Assembly (NCBI GenBank): GCA_965116875.1
Contig: OZ220733.1
Location: forward strand, 2,880,001 to 2,944,000
DNA from: Candidatus Latescibacterota bacterium
GTDB lineage: Bacteria; Latescibacterota; UBA2968; GCA-2709665
DNA: 64,000 nucleotides
Direction: 5' to 3'
A program made the position numbers and the translations under genes. This document shows, one piece after another, positions 30,405 to 40,278 of this stretch (positions are counted from its first letter, which is position 1; each line of letters opens with the position of its first letter). The notes beneath the pieces are model-generated. The model searched no databases. It was given only the letters and a program-made list of their open reading frames with translations, and had not been told where the DNA came from.

Positions 30405-31727
30405 ATGGGTTTCTACGCAGTATTCGGTCTGCTGTTGCGTCCATTGCACATCGCGATGTCTGTGGCCATACTTGCATTCCTTCTATTGCAGATTGGATTG
30501 ACTGACAACCGTCTAACACTGTCGATACCGGCATTTATCGGCATACTGTTTGGTAGAGTCGTACAAGAACTCCGAAACACACTGTTGTCATGGACTTTAC
30601 CAAACCTGCGCCGGCGACTCTTCTTTTCGCTGCTCCTTGCCGGTGTTGTCACGGCGTTTTTCCTGACGTGGATTTATACAACCGCTGGTGGTATCGCCCC
30701 CTGGTTCCCCATCTTCTCATCCATTCTCTTTTGGTACGGTTTGGGATTGACTTCGGGTACGCATCCGGTTTCGGCGACGATGTCAATGGACATCCGGCGA
30801 TATGGTCCAGGCCTTCTCATGGGGATCCTGTTCTTAACCGCGATGTATACGATCGATCGCATCATCGCCTTCTACACTGCCCAGCCCGTTCTGTGCGTCC
30901 TCCTGGCATTGACTGGCGCGTCGCTTTGCTTTTGTCGTTTCTTCAACGTCAATGTTGCCAGAACTAACGCACTTGGTCCGCTGACGCACGCGCAGAGCTT
31001 GAAGGGTGAATCCCGTCGTCAATGGCAACATATGGGGCCGTTCACGGGACTGTTTGACTGGATTCGTGCCGGCGAATACGAAAACTTTGGCTTCAAACGA
31101 ATAGGATGGCCGGCCAGAGCGACCTTCGTCCCGGCCATAGCCATTCTTGGCGCGTCAGCGTGCATCTTTTTTCTGACGGACGTGCCCGGTAAAGCCTTGC
31201 AACAGAACTCCGTAGCCTTCCAGCGTGTGCTGAACATAATCGTAACCGTTGTTCCCGCGATTTGCGCTTTGATGTATTGCCTGGACGAATGTCTTTTCCT
31301 CCAGAAGGGTTGGGTCTATCCCATCTCACGGATGCAATTCTCAAGACTGATCTACTGGAGTGGGCTCCTATATAGCGTCGTCTTTTTTGGTACCCTGTTA
31401 CTTGCCTTTCTGCTCAGGGACATTCTGATGGAACAATATGCCGGTTACGACTTTATCCGTCCCGTAACCCTTATGTCCATATTGATACCTTTCTTCTTGT
31501 GGTTGCGCCTGCGATATGGCCCACTGTTTTCTCCAAACATCCGGGGATCTGTGTCGTCTTTCGGTCTTTTAATAGGCATTTCGGTATTAAGTTGGTATTC
31601 GCACAAAACGGCTCCACAGATACCCGATCTCTATGAGTTCGCAGGATTCGCTGCTCTCATCTTTCTCTCCCAGTTCCTTTTTCGCTACAAAGTGAACATG
31701 CATTTCAAGACAGGCGATCTCGTCTGA
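30405..31727 (+). CDS. Putative ABC exporter permease, copy 2
   Basis: Shares EL..TLLSW.LP.LRR.L, TGL.DWIRAGEYEN.G, GW.YP.SR and HFK.GDLV* with copy 1. Confidence 0.75.
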   Translation: MGFYAVFGLLLRPLHIAMSVAILAFLLLQIGLTDNRLTLSIPAFIGILFGRVVQELRNTLLSWTLPNLRRRLFFSLLLAGVVTAFFLTWIYTTAGGIAPWFPIFSSILFWYGLGLTSGTHPVSATMSMDIRRYGPGLLMGILFLTAMYTIDRIIAFYTAQPVLCVLLALTGASLCFCRFFNVNVARTNALGPLTHAQSLKGESRRQWQHMGPFTGLFDWIRAGEYENFGFKRIGWPARATFVPAIAILGASACIFFLTDVPGKALQQNSVAFQRVLNIIVTVVPAICALMYCLDECLFLQKGWVYPISRMQFSRLIYWSGLLYSVVFFGTLLLAFLLRDILMEQYAGYDFIRPVTLMSILIPFFLWLRLRYGPLFSPNIRGSVSSFGLLIGISVLSWYSHKTAPQIPDLYEFAGFAALIFLSQFLFRYKVNMHFKTGDLV

Positions 31728-31762
31728 TCTGTAGTGGAAGATAGAATGAATCCGAGGGTGCT

Positions 31763-34700
31763 CTACGGCAACGTGTCGAACTCACTCCAGACCGCGCCCG
31801 CCTTTCCTTCCTCGATGCTGCTGGCCGGCAGAAGGAAGTACAGCGCCTCGATCCGCTCTCTCGGTTTCATCCACCGGTCCAGGTTGCCCAGCAGGAAACA
31901 TCCGACCTCGCCCAGGGCGAACCCGGCGGCGCGGGCCCCCTCCCCGGTCGCGCTGAGGAACAACGCCTGTCCATCCTTCCCGACGATCCCGCCCCAGTGC
32001 CAGTTTCCGCCGCTGGTCCAGTGGGGCGCCGCAAATGTCGAGACGGATTCCTCGGTTGCGTTGTAGAACCTGGCCGTCCCGGGCGACGCGGCGAATGCGG
32101 GCCATACGCCGAAGCCCAGGTCCCCGTCGGCGCTGATGCCCAGTTCGTCGCGGCACGTCACGCGAATGGCCAGAACGTCCGCGCCGGGCGCCAGCAGGTA
32201 TTCCCATGCGATCGACTGACCGCGGGCGTGCTCCTGCGCGATCCGACAGTGGACGCGCACCCCGCGCCACACCAGGCCCTGGCGGCCCTTCCGTTCGATC
32301 ACCCGGTACCTGAACCGTTCCTTGTAGAGCGTATCCTCGAGCCGGTCGTATTCGGGTGAAAGGCCGCCGTACCATGGATTCATCCATGCGCGCGGTTCTG
32401 CATTGGGATACGGACAGTTGAGATACTCCATGCCGTCGCGGCTGAGAGAGATAACCGATCCCATGAAAGCCGGCGCGACCTTCGCGGACAATATCCCGTT
32501 GTCAATCGCAAGGACGCCGCCCTTCTCCCGGCGCGACACCGTGACCTCGCGAGCGTCGGCGGGGAGCACCAGCGCTTTCTGTGTGAACCGGTAGACCGCC
32601 TCTTCGGTCTCGAAACGCGCGCGGATATCTCTCGCGCCCGGACGGACTCGCGCCACGCGGCGAAAGACCACCTTCCGGACAACCGGTCTCGACTCGCAAA
32701 GCCCCGTGACCTTGACCGCCCCAATGTCAGGGCACAGACCGTCGGAATCCTCCAGGATCAGTTCCCCATCAAGCTTATACCGGCCCACATGGTCCAGGCG
32801 CAGTTTCGCTTCCACGGGAGCTCCCGCCACGACCGGCGGGCGCGGCTCGATGCGGCACTCGATCGGCCTTCGCGCAGGCGCCTGGGATGTCTCAACCTCC
32901 GGAACGCTGTCGCACAGGGTCCGCCACCAGGCCCTCACCGTCTGCCAGTTCCCGTCGCCCACAAAGGCGTAGACAGGGTCCAGGGACGTTGACGCGCCCG
33001 GCTTCACGCGAACGGCCCGGGTTCGTAGACTGCCCCAGGGGCCGGGGCTCACCCGATCGGCCCTGCCCCACAGAACGCCGGCGGCACAGCCATCGTCTCG
33101 CTCCACGCAGAACCATCCCTCAAGCCACGCGGACGCTTCCTCCGAAAGCCTGAGGTCATCCAGGTCCCGTCCGCCCGAACCGAACGCCTGCCGGGACACC
33201 CCCTGCTTTCCCGGTACGACGAGGGCCGCCGTGCGGCCCATTTGTATCCACCAGCTCTGCGTTACCGATAGGTCAAGCGGCAGCGATGTTCCGTTGATGA
33301 CCGTATCCAGCACCCTGACCAGCGGGCCCTTTCCAACCTGGACGCTTCGTTCCAGCCACACGCCCGGTCGAGTCACGGAAGGGGTCCGAAGCCGAAGCAC
33401 AAGCCCGAAGCCATCTCGTTCGACCCGTGCCTCGGCCTTCTCCTGAAACAGGTCGCCACCGGCGAAGGGCGGTCCCAGCCTCGGGGCCTGCAGCTTCAGC
33501 CGGCGGGACCTGAGCGCCCGCAGCGTGTGAAAGATGTATAGCTCGCCGTTGCGCAAATCGGCGCTGACCGTCAGCCCGCCGCCGCACAGCAGGGCGCTCT
33601 CCGTCCCTACGGCGCCGGACGCGCCTCCCGGCTCAACGGCCAGCAGATCAAGGCGTTTGGTCTTGACTGGAATTTCCTTACCCGCCGCCGCCGCGCTCGT
33701 CCGGACGTCAATCGAAACGGGCCCGGCGCCTGGGGCCTCAAGCGGTACCGTCAGTTCGGCCCCTCCCTTCGGATCGAGCATCATCTGCTGCTCATTGGCG
33801 TCGACGTCCACGCCGCCCGCCGGCATGACCCGAAGTTCCGCCGCACAGGCTTCGTCCAGGTTGGAACGAAGGGTCAGTCTGGCTTCGTGCGGCTTCCCCG
33901 GCGTCAGGATGGAGCGGGGCGCATCGATAGAGACATCCACGGCCTGGCGAACGTCGATCCCCGCCGCGAGTTCGATGCCCACGCCGTCGATCACCAGGTC
34001 GGTCCGCAGCACAGCCGCTTTGGGTTCCCGCGTCTTCTCCTCGATGTTCGGATCGATGACGAACGTATCTTCTATTTCGGCGGTGTCCGCAACGTCCAGC
34101 GCCTCGCGCTTTTCGACCCTGACGCCCGGATCGCCCGACGTGGCGAGAAAGACGTGTGCCGGGTGCGGCTTCTTGTTGACGATACGCCAGCGGACAGCGT
34201 GGGAGATTCCCGCGACCAGCTTCTCGTCGGGCAGACTGCACGACACAGTCAGGTCATTGTTCTCGATCTCGATGATCCCCCAGCTCTGGCGGTCGAACAC
34301 CAGCCTGAGCAGATCGCCGTCCGGGGCGCGCCAGAGGTATTCGTAGACCTTCACCCTGCCCCGCATCATCACGTCCTCTTCGGGCTCGAGTTCCCGAACC
34401 TGGGTCTCGTACCAATCGTGCTGGTCGAAAAAAGAGGCGGCGAGGGGATGCCGTCGGGCGGCGGGCGTGAAATTCTCCATGTGTACGGACGAATCCGGAC
34501 GCCACATGAAGCCCATCTTCTTGTACAGGGGAACGGCCTGCAGGTTCCCCGGCCACGTGTACAGGTCGACCCGCTGATAGCCCGCCTCGTACGCTCGTTC
34601 CATCGCGCCCCACAGCGCCGATTTCCCGTGCTTCTTCCCGTGGAAGTCCGGGTGGCAGTTGAGGTGCGGAATGAACGCCTGCGCCTTCTGTCCCGGCGTC

Positions 34701-34930
34701 GCTCGTATCGTACACAGACTGATAATGCGCTCTTCATTCTCCGTGACGATTGCCCCCAGCAGGTTGCTCTCTTTGATGTTTCGCTCCTGCTCCTCGGCCG
34801 TCGTCTGCCATCCGCCGCCGCCCGGCCATCCCACGTCCGCTTCCATCTCGAGCGCGGCGAGTTTCCGGGCGTCGCCTTCCCGCCAGTCCTCAACGAGATT
34901 TCTGGTCTTATGCAGCAATGACTCCTCCAT
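31763..34930 (-). CDS. Large protein with N-terminal GNAT acetyltransferase domain
   Basis: 1055 aa. LNCHPDFHGKKHGK (acetyl-CoA motif A) and N..AVPLYKKMGF (motif B), followed by a long beta-rich C-terminal region of unknown function. Confidence 0.8.
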   Translation of the reverse strand: MEESLLHKTRNLVEDWREGDARKLAALEMEADVGWPGGGGWQTTAEEQERNIKESNLLGAIVTENEERIISLCTIRATPGQKAQAFIPHLNCHPDFHGKKHGKSALWGAMERAYEAGYQRVDLYTWPGNLQAVPLYKKMGFMWRPDSSVHMENFTPAARRHPLAASFFDQHDWYETQVRELEPEEDVMMRGRVKVYEYLWRAPDGDLLRLVFDRQSWGIIEIENNDLTVSCSLPDEKLVAGISHAVRWRIVNKKPHPAHVFLATSGDPGVRVEKREALDVADTAEIEDTFVIDPNIEEKTREPKAAVLRTDLVIDGVGIELAAGIDVRQAVDVSIDAPRSILTPGKPHEARLTLRSNLDEACAAELRVMPAGGVDVDANEQQMMLDPKGGAELTVPLEAPGAGPVSIDVRTSAAAAGKEIPVKTKRLDLLAVEPGGASGAVGTESALLCGGGLTVSADLRNGELYIFHTLRALRSRRLKLQAPRLGPPFAGGDLFQEKAEARVERDGFGLVLRLRTPSVTRPGVWLERSVQVGKGPLVRVLDTVINGTSLPLDLSVTQSWWIQMGRTAALVVPGKQGVSRQAFGSGGRDLDDLRLSEEASAWLEGWFCVERDDGCAAGVLWGRADRVSPGPWGSLRTRAVRVKPGASTSLDPVYAFVGDGNWQTVRAWWRTLCDSVPEVETSQAPARRPIECRIEPRPPVVAGAPVEAKLRLDHVGRYKLDGELILEDSDGLCPDIGAVKVTGLCESRPVVRKVVFRRVARVRPGARDIRARFETEEAVYRFTQKALVLPADAREVTVSRREKGGVLAIDNGILSAKVAPAFMGSVISLSRDGMEYLNCPYPNAEPRAWMNPWYGGLSPEYDRLEDTLYKERFRYRVIERKGRQGLVWRGVRVHCRIAQEHARGQSIAWEYLLAPGADVLAIRVTCRDELGISADGDLGFGVWPAFAASPGTARFYNATEESVSTFAAPHWTSGGNWHWGGIVGKDGQALFLSATGEGARAAGFALGEVGCFLLGNLDRWMKPRERIEALYFLLPASSIEEGKAGAVWSEFDTLP

Positions 34931-35101
34931 TGATATCAGAATTGAATACTATTGAACATCCATTGCGAATAATTCAACAACAATTCGTAAAAATACAAGA
35001 TCAATTACGAAAAACACATACGTCGCCGATCAAAACGCAGCCTGGCTTCTCGACACACGAATAGCCGGCGTCCTATCCATTCCGTCCGCGGAGCCGTTCG
35101 T

Positions 35102-37513
35102 TCACTCAACCACCCGGAACACCACGTCCCGTTCCGCGATCTGACCGGTATACAGGTCCTTCAGTGTGACAATGAGCTTGTGGAAACCGGCGGGGGCGTT
35201 CGTCGCGTCGATCTGAAGGAAGGTGAAGTCGTCCTTCTGATTTCCCCGGTATTGCGCCGTGACCGTCGTCTCGGCGCCTTCATTCTCGCGGGGCGTATCC
35301 TCAATCTCTTCGGAGATCCTGTTTCGTTCCGGCAGGATGTATCTGACGCGATAGCTCACGGTCTCCTCAGGTTCATCCCGCCAGAGGTCTTTCTCGCTCT
35401 CGATGATCGATTCCTCCACGACGGTCTGAATTTCCACCGCGGCGCCCGCGTCCGGCGCATCCAGGGCAGTGAACTTCTCGGGTCGGATTTCCTCTCGATC
35501 GGGCCGGGTCAGCCGGTAGGAAATCCGGTATTTGGTTCCGCCGAATCTGTCTTTCTTGAGATTGTAGATTTCGAGATAGATGAAGACCGGCTCGGATCGG
35601 CCGTAGGTATGTATCGGATTGGGCGTGACGCGAAGGTCCTCGCGCCCCTCGGGAAACGCTGTCTTCGGCTCGATCCCGGACGCCAGCAGCAGATCGCTCA
35701 TGGCCAACAGAGAGTCCACGACCCGGAACTCACGGACTTCGCGAAACGTCCCGATCGATCCTGTTCCGCGGTCCCGGACCTCGACCACGAGCCGGTGCTG
35801 CCGGGGAGCGACCCGCAACGTTCGGAAGGAGACGACGTGGTTGCGCCGCAGGCTGTCGCTCTTTGATTCAATCGCCCGGTCGAAAACCGGCCATTGCATT
35901 GCGACGTCCATCTTCTTTCTGTATACTTCGTCCCAGCGTTCATCGAACAGAAACACGCCGTCCTCGAGATCCACAAATCCGTTCGGTTCGGATAACCGGA
36001 CCCGCGCCTTCGGAATTGCATAGGCGAATTCCACGCGAATACTATCGTCCTCATGAAAGGCCGCGACTTGACGAGGCAACTGATATTTCAGTTCGAGATA
36101 CGGGTCGATGTACCGCTGAGGCGTGTCGCGATACACATGCCGGGCCGGTGGTTCGAATGATCCCCCCAGTTTTTTTCTTCGTCCCTTGACGGAATAAAAA
36201 TCGCCGAGTTCGCTTCGCAGTTGTGTGATAAAGAAAATGCCACCGTCTTCTTCTTCAACCTCGACGCGCTCTGTCAGGCTTCTCGCACTTCCACCCCTGT
36301 GGCCCGATCCCAGTGCGAAACGCCATCTGTCCGCCCCGTCGTTTTTTTGGAAGCGGATGCGAAAGCCCTCGTAGAGCCATACATTTTTCCATATTCCCGA
36401 GGAAGATTGGAATATATGCTGTTTCAGATGCGGACCGAACTTGATGATCGTCTTGCCGGGATCGGTCTGCCACCCGGCAGTTTCCCTGAAGGGACGGCTG
36501 AACCTGAGATTTGCGTATGCAAATCGTCCGTAGTGCTCGATCTTTCTCTCGTTGAACTCGGTTAAAAACAGCGGATCCAGACTGCGCCAGAAACGGTCGC
36601 GCGCAACAGGGGTCCAATCGTCCGCATCCGTGTCTTGGTACACAATCGCCTGCTCCATCCGGCTGCGGTCGGCTTCCGAAGCAACCAAATCCAGCGACTC
36701 CATCCCGGACGCCTCGTCGACGGTCATCTGCTCGAGGGCTCGCCTGTAATAGTTGTGCGCGACGTCCAATTCGCCCAGCATCTGGTAACCCAGGCCGCAA
36801 TACAGAAGCGCGTCCTTATCCTCCGGTGCTCGATCCAGAAGGCGCTTGAAGAGGAGGATCATCTCATCGGGATGCCCGGTCTCCACGTGGAGGAGCCCAA
36901 GCAGGTTATATGTGCCGCGAAAATCGGGGTCCGCGTCAATACCGCGTCGAAAATGAGACTTCGCCAGATTGAGGTCCCGGTCGGCAAGATGGTTCCAGCT
37001 GTCGTTATCCAGGTAGGACAGATAGTCCTGCACCGCAAAATACCCGGCCCAGTACGCCGCCTCCGCGTTTTCCGGCTCCACTTTCAAAAGCTTCTCATAA
37101 TGACGCACCGCATGCCACAAGAACCCCTGCCTGCTGAGCAGTTCGCCCAACGTCATCTGATAGTCCTTGTTCTCCGGGTCGATACGCATCGCTTCATCCA
37201 GCGCCTTTCGGGCGCTCTGGCGGGTGAGCGGCGTGTTCAATTCCATATAAAGCTTTGCAATCTCATAGTGCGCGGGCGTGAATTTCCAGTCCAGCTTCAG
37301 GACCTGCTCAAACGCCTTGATACTCGCCTTCGGATGCACCTGGCCGACGTTCGCCAATGCCTCGCGATACAGCGAATCCCGTCGCGCATCGTTTGTCCCG
37401 GCTGATACTTCGGCTGTCGCCAGAAGCACCATTGCCAGGACGACCAGACCTGACATCAGCCAGACCGGCCGGAAATATACGGCAGAGTTCAAACCGTCCA
37501 TTTTCAAGACCAT
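35102..37513 (-). CDS. Secreted TPR + GWxTD domain protein (paralog 3)
   Basis: Signal-like N-terminus, TPRs, FW..LDPLFLTEFNER..EH..R.AYANLRF, GWQTDPG, SDLLLA, YLEIYNL. Exact start uncertain. Confidence 0.85.
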   Translation of the reverse strand: MVLKMDGLNSAVYFRPVWLMSGLVVLAMVLLATAEVSAGTNDARRDSLYREALANVGQVHPKASIKAFEQVLKLDWKFTPAHYEIAKLYMELNTPLTRQSARKALDEAMRIDPENKDYQMTLGELLSRQGFLWHAVRHYEKLLKVEPENAEAAYWAGYFAVQDYLSYLDNDSWNHLADRDLNLAKSHFRRGIDADPDFRGTYNLLGLLHVETGHPDEMILLFKRLLDRAPEDKDALLYCGLGYQMLGELDVAHNYYRRALEQMTVDEASGMESLDLVASEADRSRMEQAIVYQDTDADDWTPVARDRFWRSLDPLFLTEFNERKIEHYGRFAYANLRFSRPFRETAGWQTDPGKTIIKFGPHLKQHIFQSSSGIWKNVWLYEGFRIRFQKNDGADRWRFALGSGHRGGSARSLTERVEVEEEDGGIFFITQLRSELGDFYSVKGRRKKLGGSFEPPARHVYRDTPQRYIDPYLELKYQLPRQVAAFHEDDSIRVEFAYAIPKARVRLSEPNGFVDLEDGVFLFDERWDEVYRKKMDVAMQWPVFDRAIESKSDSLRRNHVVSFRTLRVAPRQHRLVVEVRDRGTGSIGTFREVREFRVVDSLLAMSDLLLASGIEPKTAFPEGREDLRVTPNPIHTYGRSEPVFIYLEIYNLKKDRFGGTKYRISYRLTRPDREEIRPEKFTALDAPDAGAAVEIQTVVEESIIESEKDLWRDEPEETVSYRVRYILPERNRISEEIEDTPRENEGAETTVTAQYRGNQKDDFTFLQIDATNAPAGFHKLIVTLKDLYTGQIAERDVVFRVVE

Positions 37514-37554
37514 TCAGAAAGCCATCTGACGTGTGCGTGTACCTACGGTCGGCA

Positions 37555-39888
37555 TCACTTCATCACGAATCCCGCGTCCTTGGTCACCGTCTCACCGCTG
37601 TTCAAATCCGTGACCGCCACCTGCAGCACCTGCCGGCCCTCGTTCCGCTGTCCCAGTTGCAATGCGACGTATTCCACCTCAGTGGGGTCGGTTCCCACCT
37701 GCTCCGATGCCACCTCGATCTCCACCTGCCGCTTCCCTCGCAGCCTGACGAGCCGAGCGATATTGCCAGCATCGGATTCTCCCTTTCTGCCCACGGTATA
37801 GGCAACCCGGTATCTCGTCCTCCCGAACGTATCCCTTGCCAAATTATATATTTCGTAGTACACGTAGACGCTGTGTCCCCTGCGGTAGGTGCGGGTCGGC
37901 ATTGGGACCACGTGCAGGTCTCCTTTGCTGAATTTGTCATCCAGACTGGTCTCCGAAATGCGCCAGGCCAGTTCAAGGTCGCTCATCCGAAGACCTGTCT
38001 CCGGGTAGGCCTCCAGGTGGATGATCTGGCGGTACCGCCCACGCCTGCCGGTTTGTTTGTCCCTGGTCTTCACCTCCATCCTGTAATGGCCCGGCGGAAC
38101 ATCCAGCCGAACCACGTCAGGAACAAACGCGCCCTGTTGTTGCCTCACGTCCCCGATTTGCCTGAACCGAATTGCGCCGCTCTTGCGGTAGACCTCACCA
38201 GTTTCCTTGTTCAGTAAAGCCACTGTCCTTTCGACGTCCAGCGTCGTTGCGTCCTCGGCCTCCAGGTACTGCGCTGCGTGCTGCGGAATTCCGGCATAGA
38301 TTTCCAGTGCGGATGCCGCTTCAGCCCGCCCTCGGAAATCGGCCAGATCGTAGTAGAATTCCAGCGGATCTTCGTTCACAGGCGGCTGGTAGTAGTCGGG
38401 GTATCGCGCCGCCGTCCGCATGCTCACGTTTCGGGGACTGAACCGGTTGAACGCGGCAAGCTTTTGGATGTCGATATCCACGTCGATCGGCGGCGGCGCG
38501 AAGTCGAATTTCCCGTTCAACATCTCATCCGTAAACGTCACCTCCATGCCGCCTCCCGCGCCGTTATTGACATAGACCCAGCTTTCCCATGGTACCATAG
38601 ATTCGTCCGGTCCATTCGCAATCACCGGTCTATATGCGGGAGCCGTGAATCCGCCGAAGTCGTGCCCCTCGGGGATACTGCGAACCGGAAAGGCAACCAG
38701 GATGTCTCCCCAACTCGCGACGTGTGCCGCGCCGTGGATCTGCCCTGCAAGCGCCTCCTTCACACGCTGGACGTCGAGATTCTGCTGGAAATTCACCCAG
38801 TCTGACCTGGAGCGATGGTCCGGCTCTCCGAATCTCACGTATACTTCTCCCCGCGTATCCCAGGGTTGCCGCGATTTGGAAAAATGCCGTCGCGCGAACC
38901 ACACCCGCCGGTAGTGCTCCAATTGCCGCTCGTTGGCGGCGGTTGTCAGATCCGGGTCCCGGTCTCCCCAGAACCGGGTCAGATAGGCGTCTTTATCCGG
39001 CGCACGAACAAAAGCGTCGTACTCGTCCGGAGAAGCCAGGAGACGGATATCCTCATACAGCATCCGCTCCGCCGGTTCGCAGGCTTCGAGATATCTCTCG
39101 AACGCGACCTCCGCCAGGTCCAGGGAATCTTGTGCGAGATAGGCGTTCGCGAGGACGGTCGACATTTCGATTGCATCGGGATGGCTGAGCATCTGCGTGC
39201 GCATCAGGTCGACAACGCGTGCATGGTCGCCGGTCTTACCGAGCGCGTTGGCCAGCCGTAGAGCGACCTCAAAATCATCGGGCTGTAGAGAGAGGAATCG
39301 TTCGTAGTGCTCGGCCGCGCGAAGATGATCTTCCTTGAATGTCACATACCATTCACCGAGCAGCCGGTGCGCCGGCGCAAACGTGGCATCCATCTGGAGC
39401 AGCTTTTCCGCTTCCCGCTTTACATCGTGTTCCCCCAATGCGTACCTCGCCTCGGCGATATGGTACCTCGCTTCGAGATAATTCCGATCATATCGCAACG
39501 CCATCTTGAAATAGTCTATCGCCGTGTACAGGCCCTTCGGTTTTTCTCGCCACACCAACCCGAGTCCGTTGTATGCCGGAGCGTATTTGTGCTGTCTCCG
39601 CCGCGCATTCATGAATGCCCGTTCGGCGGCTTTCAGATCGCCCGCCTTCAGGAATACGTGGCCCAGACCGACGTGAGAAGGCGCGTGTTTCCTGTCGATC
39701 TCGATTGCAGCCCGGAAATTCGCCGCGGCCGCGTCCAGACTGTCGCTTTCGAGCAGGTCCATCCCCTCGCTGTAAATTTCCTCAATCGACGCATGGTCCC
39801 TGGCAGAGATCGACGTCGCCGCGGCCTGCGCAAAGAAGAACGTTGCCGCCGCAACGACCAGAACCTTCAGAACCGTCGCTGGTCTCAT
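37555..39888 (-). CDS. Secreted TPR + GWxTD-like domain protein (paralog 2)
   Basis: Signal peptide, many TPRs, FWGDRDPDLTT..NERQLEHYRRVWFA, variant motif PWDTRGEVYVRFGEP, YYEIYNL. Confidence 0.85.
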   Translation of the reverse strand: MRPATVLKVLVVAAATFFFAQAAATSISARDHASIEEIYSEGMDLLESDSLDAAAANFRAAIEIDRKHAPSHVGLGHVFLKAGDLKAAERAFMNARRRQHKYAPAYNGLGLVWREKPKGLYTAIDYFKMALRYDRNYLEARYHIAEARYALGEHDVKREAEKLLQMDATFAPAHRLLGEWYVTFKEDHLRAAEHYERFLSLQPDDFEVALRLANALGKTGDHARVVDLMRTQMLSHPDAIEMSTVLANAYLAQDSLDLAEVAFERYLEACEPAERMLYEDIRLLASPDEYDAFVRAPDKDAYLTRFWGDRDPDLTTAANERQLEHYRRVWFARRHFSKSRQPWDTRGEVYVRFGEPDHRSRSDWVNFQQNLDVQRVKEALAGQIHGAAHVASWGDILVAFPVRSIPEGHDFGGFTAPAYRPVIANGPDESMVPWESWVYVNNGAGGGMEVTFTDEMLNGKFDFAPPPIDVDIDIQKLAAFNRFSPRNVSMRTAARYPDYYQPPVNEDPLEFYYDLADFRGRAEAASALEIYAGIPQHAAQYLEAEDATTLDVERTVALLNKETGEVYRKSGAIRFRQIGDVRQQQGAFVPDVVRLDVPPGHYRMEVKTRDKQTGRRGRYRQIIHLEAYPETGLRMSDLELAWRISETSLDDKFSKGDLHVVPMPTRTYRRGHSVYVYYEIYNLARDTFGRTRYRVAYTVGRKGESDAGNIARLVRLRGKRQVEIEVASEQVGTDPTEVEYVALQLGQRNEGRQVLQVAVTDLNSGETVTKDAGFVMK

Positions 39889-39983
39889 ATCGATACTCCC
39901 GAATATACGTAGCTCGCTCTGCTAATTTGCTGCCGATTCAGAAGAGCAGGATTGCGCGTACCCGCACTGTCTTGCTCCCTCTC

Positions 39984-40237
39984 TCGAGACCTACCCCCTG
40001 GCCCCCTTCCCACGGGAAGAGGGAATGGTGACGGTTCGATGTTCGCGGTCGTGCCGTGACAAAGTTGTCCTATCGATCAGGATGTTTTTAGAACACCTGT
40101 ACGCGACGCCAGCCTTTCTCGCCCTTTCCTTTAGGAGAGGGGGCCGGGGGGAGAGGTCTGCGAGGCCGGGCGGAGGGGTTGCTTCTGATCTTGCCTTTCG
40201 TTTTTGGCTGACGGCTAATGGCTAACAGCTGACGGCT
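39984..40237 (+). repeat. Dispersed repeat family A (MITE/REP-like), copy 1
   Basis: 39984-40158 is near-identical to the reverse complement of 54958-55131, with palindromic CCCCT..GG arms and a GGCTGAC-type heptamer tail. Confidence 0.85.
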
Positions 40238-40278
40238 TTGTGTAAAGCGCCGAGAGGAGAGGTTCGAAATCACGAACC

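Noticed and set aside
40025-40273. Small ORFs within repeat A (also 55025-55423)
   Set aside because: Reading frames are not preserved between the two copies (indels), so they are non-coding.
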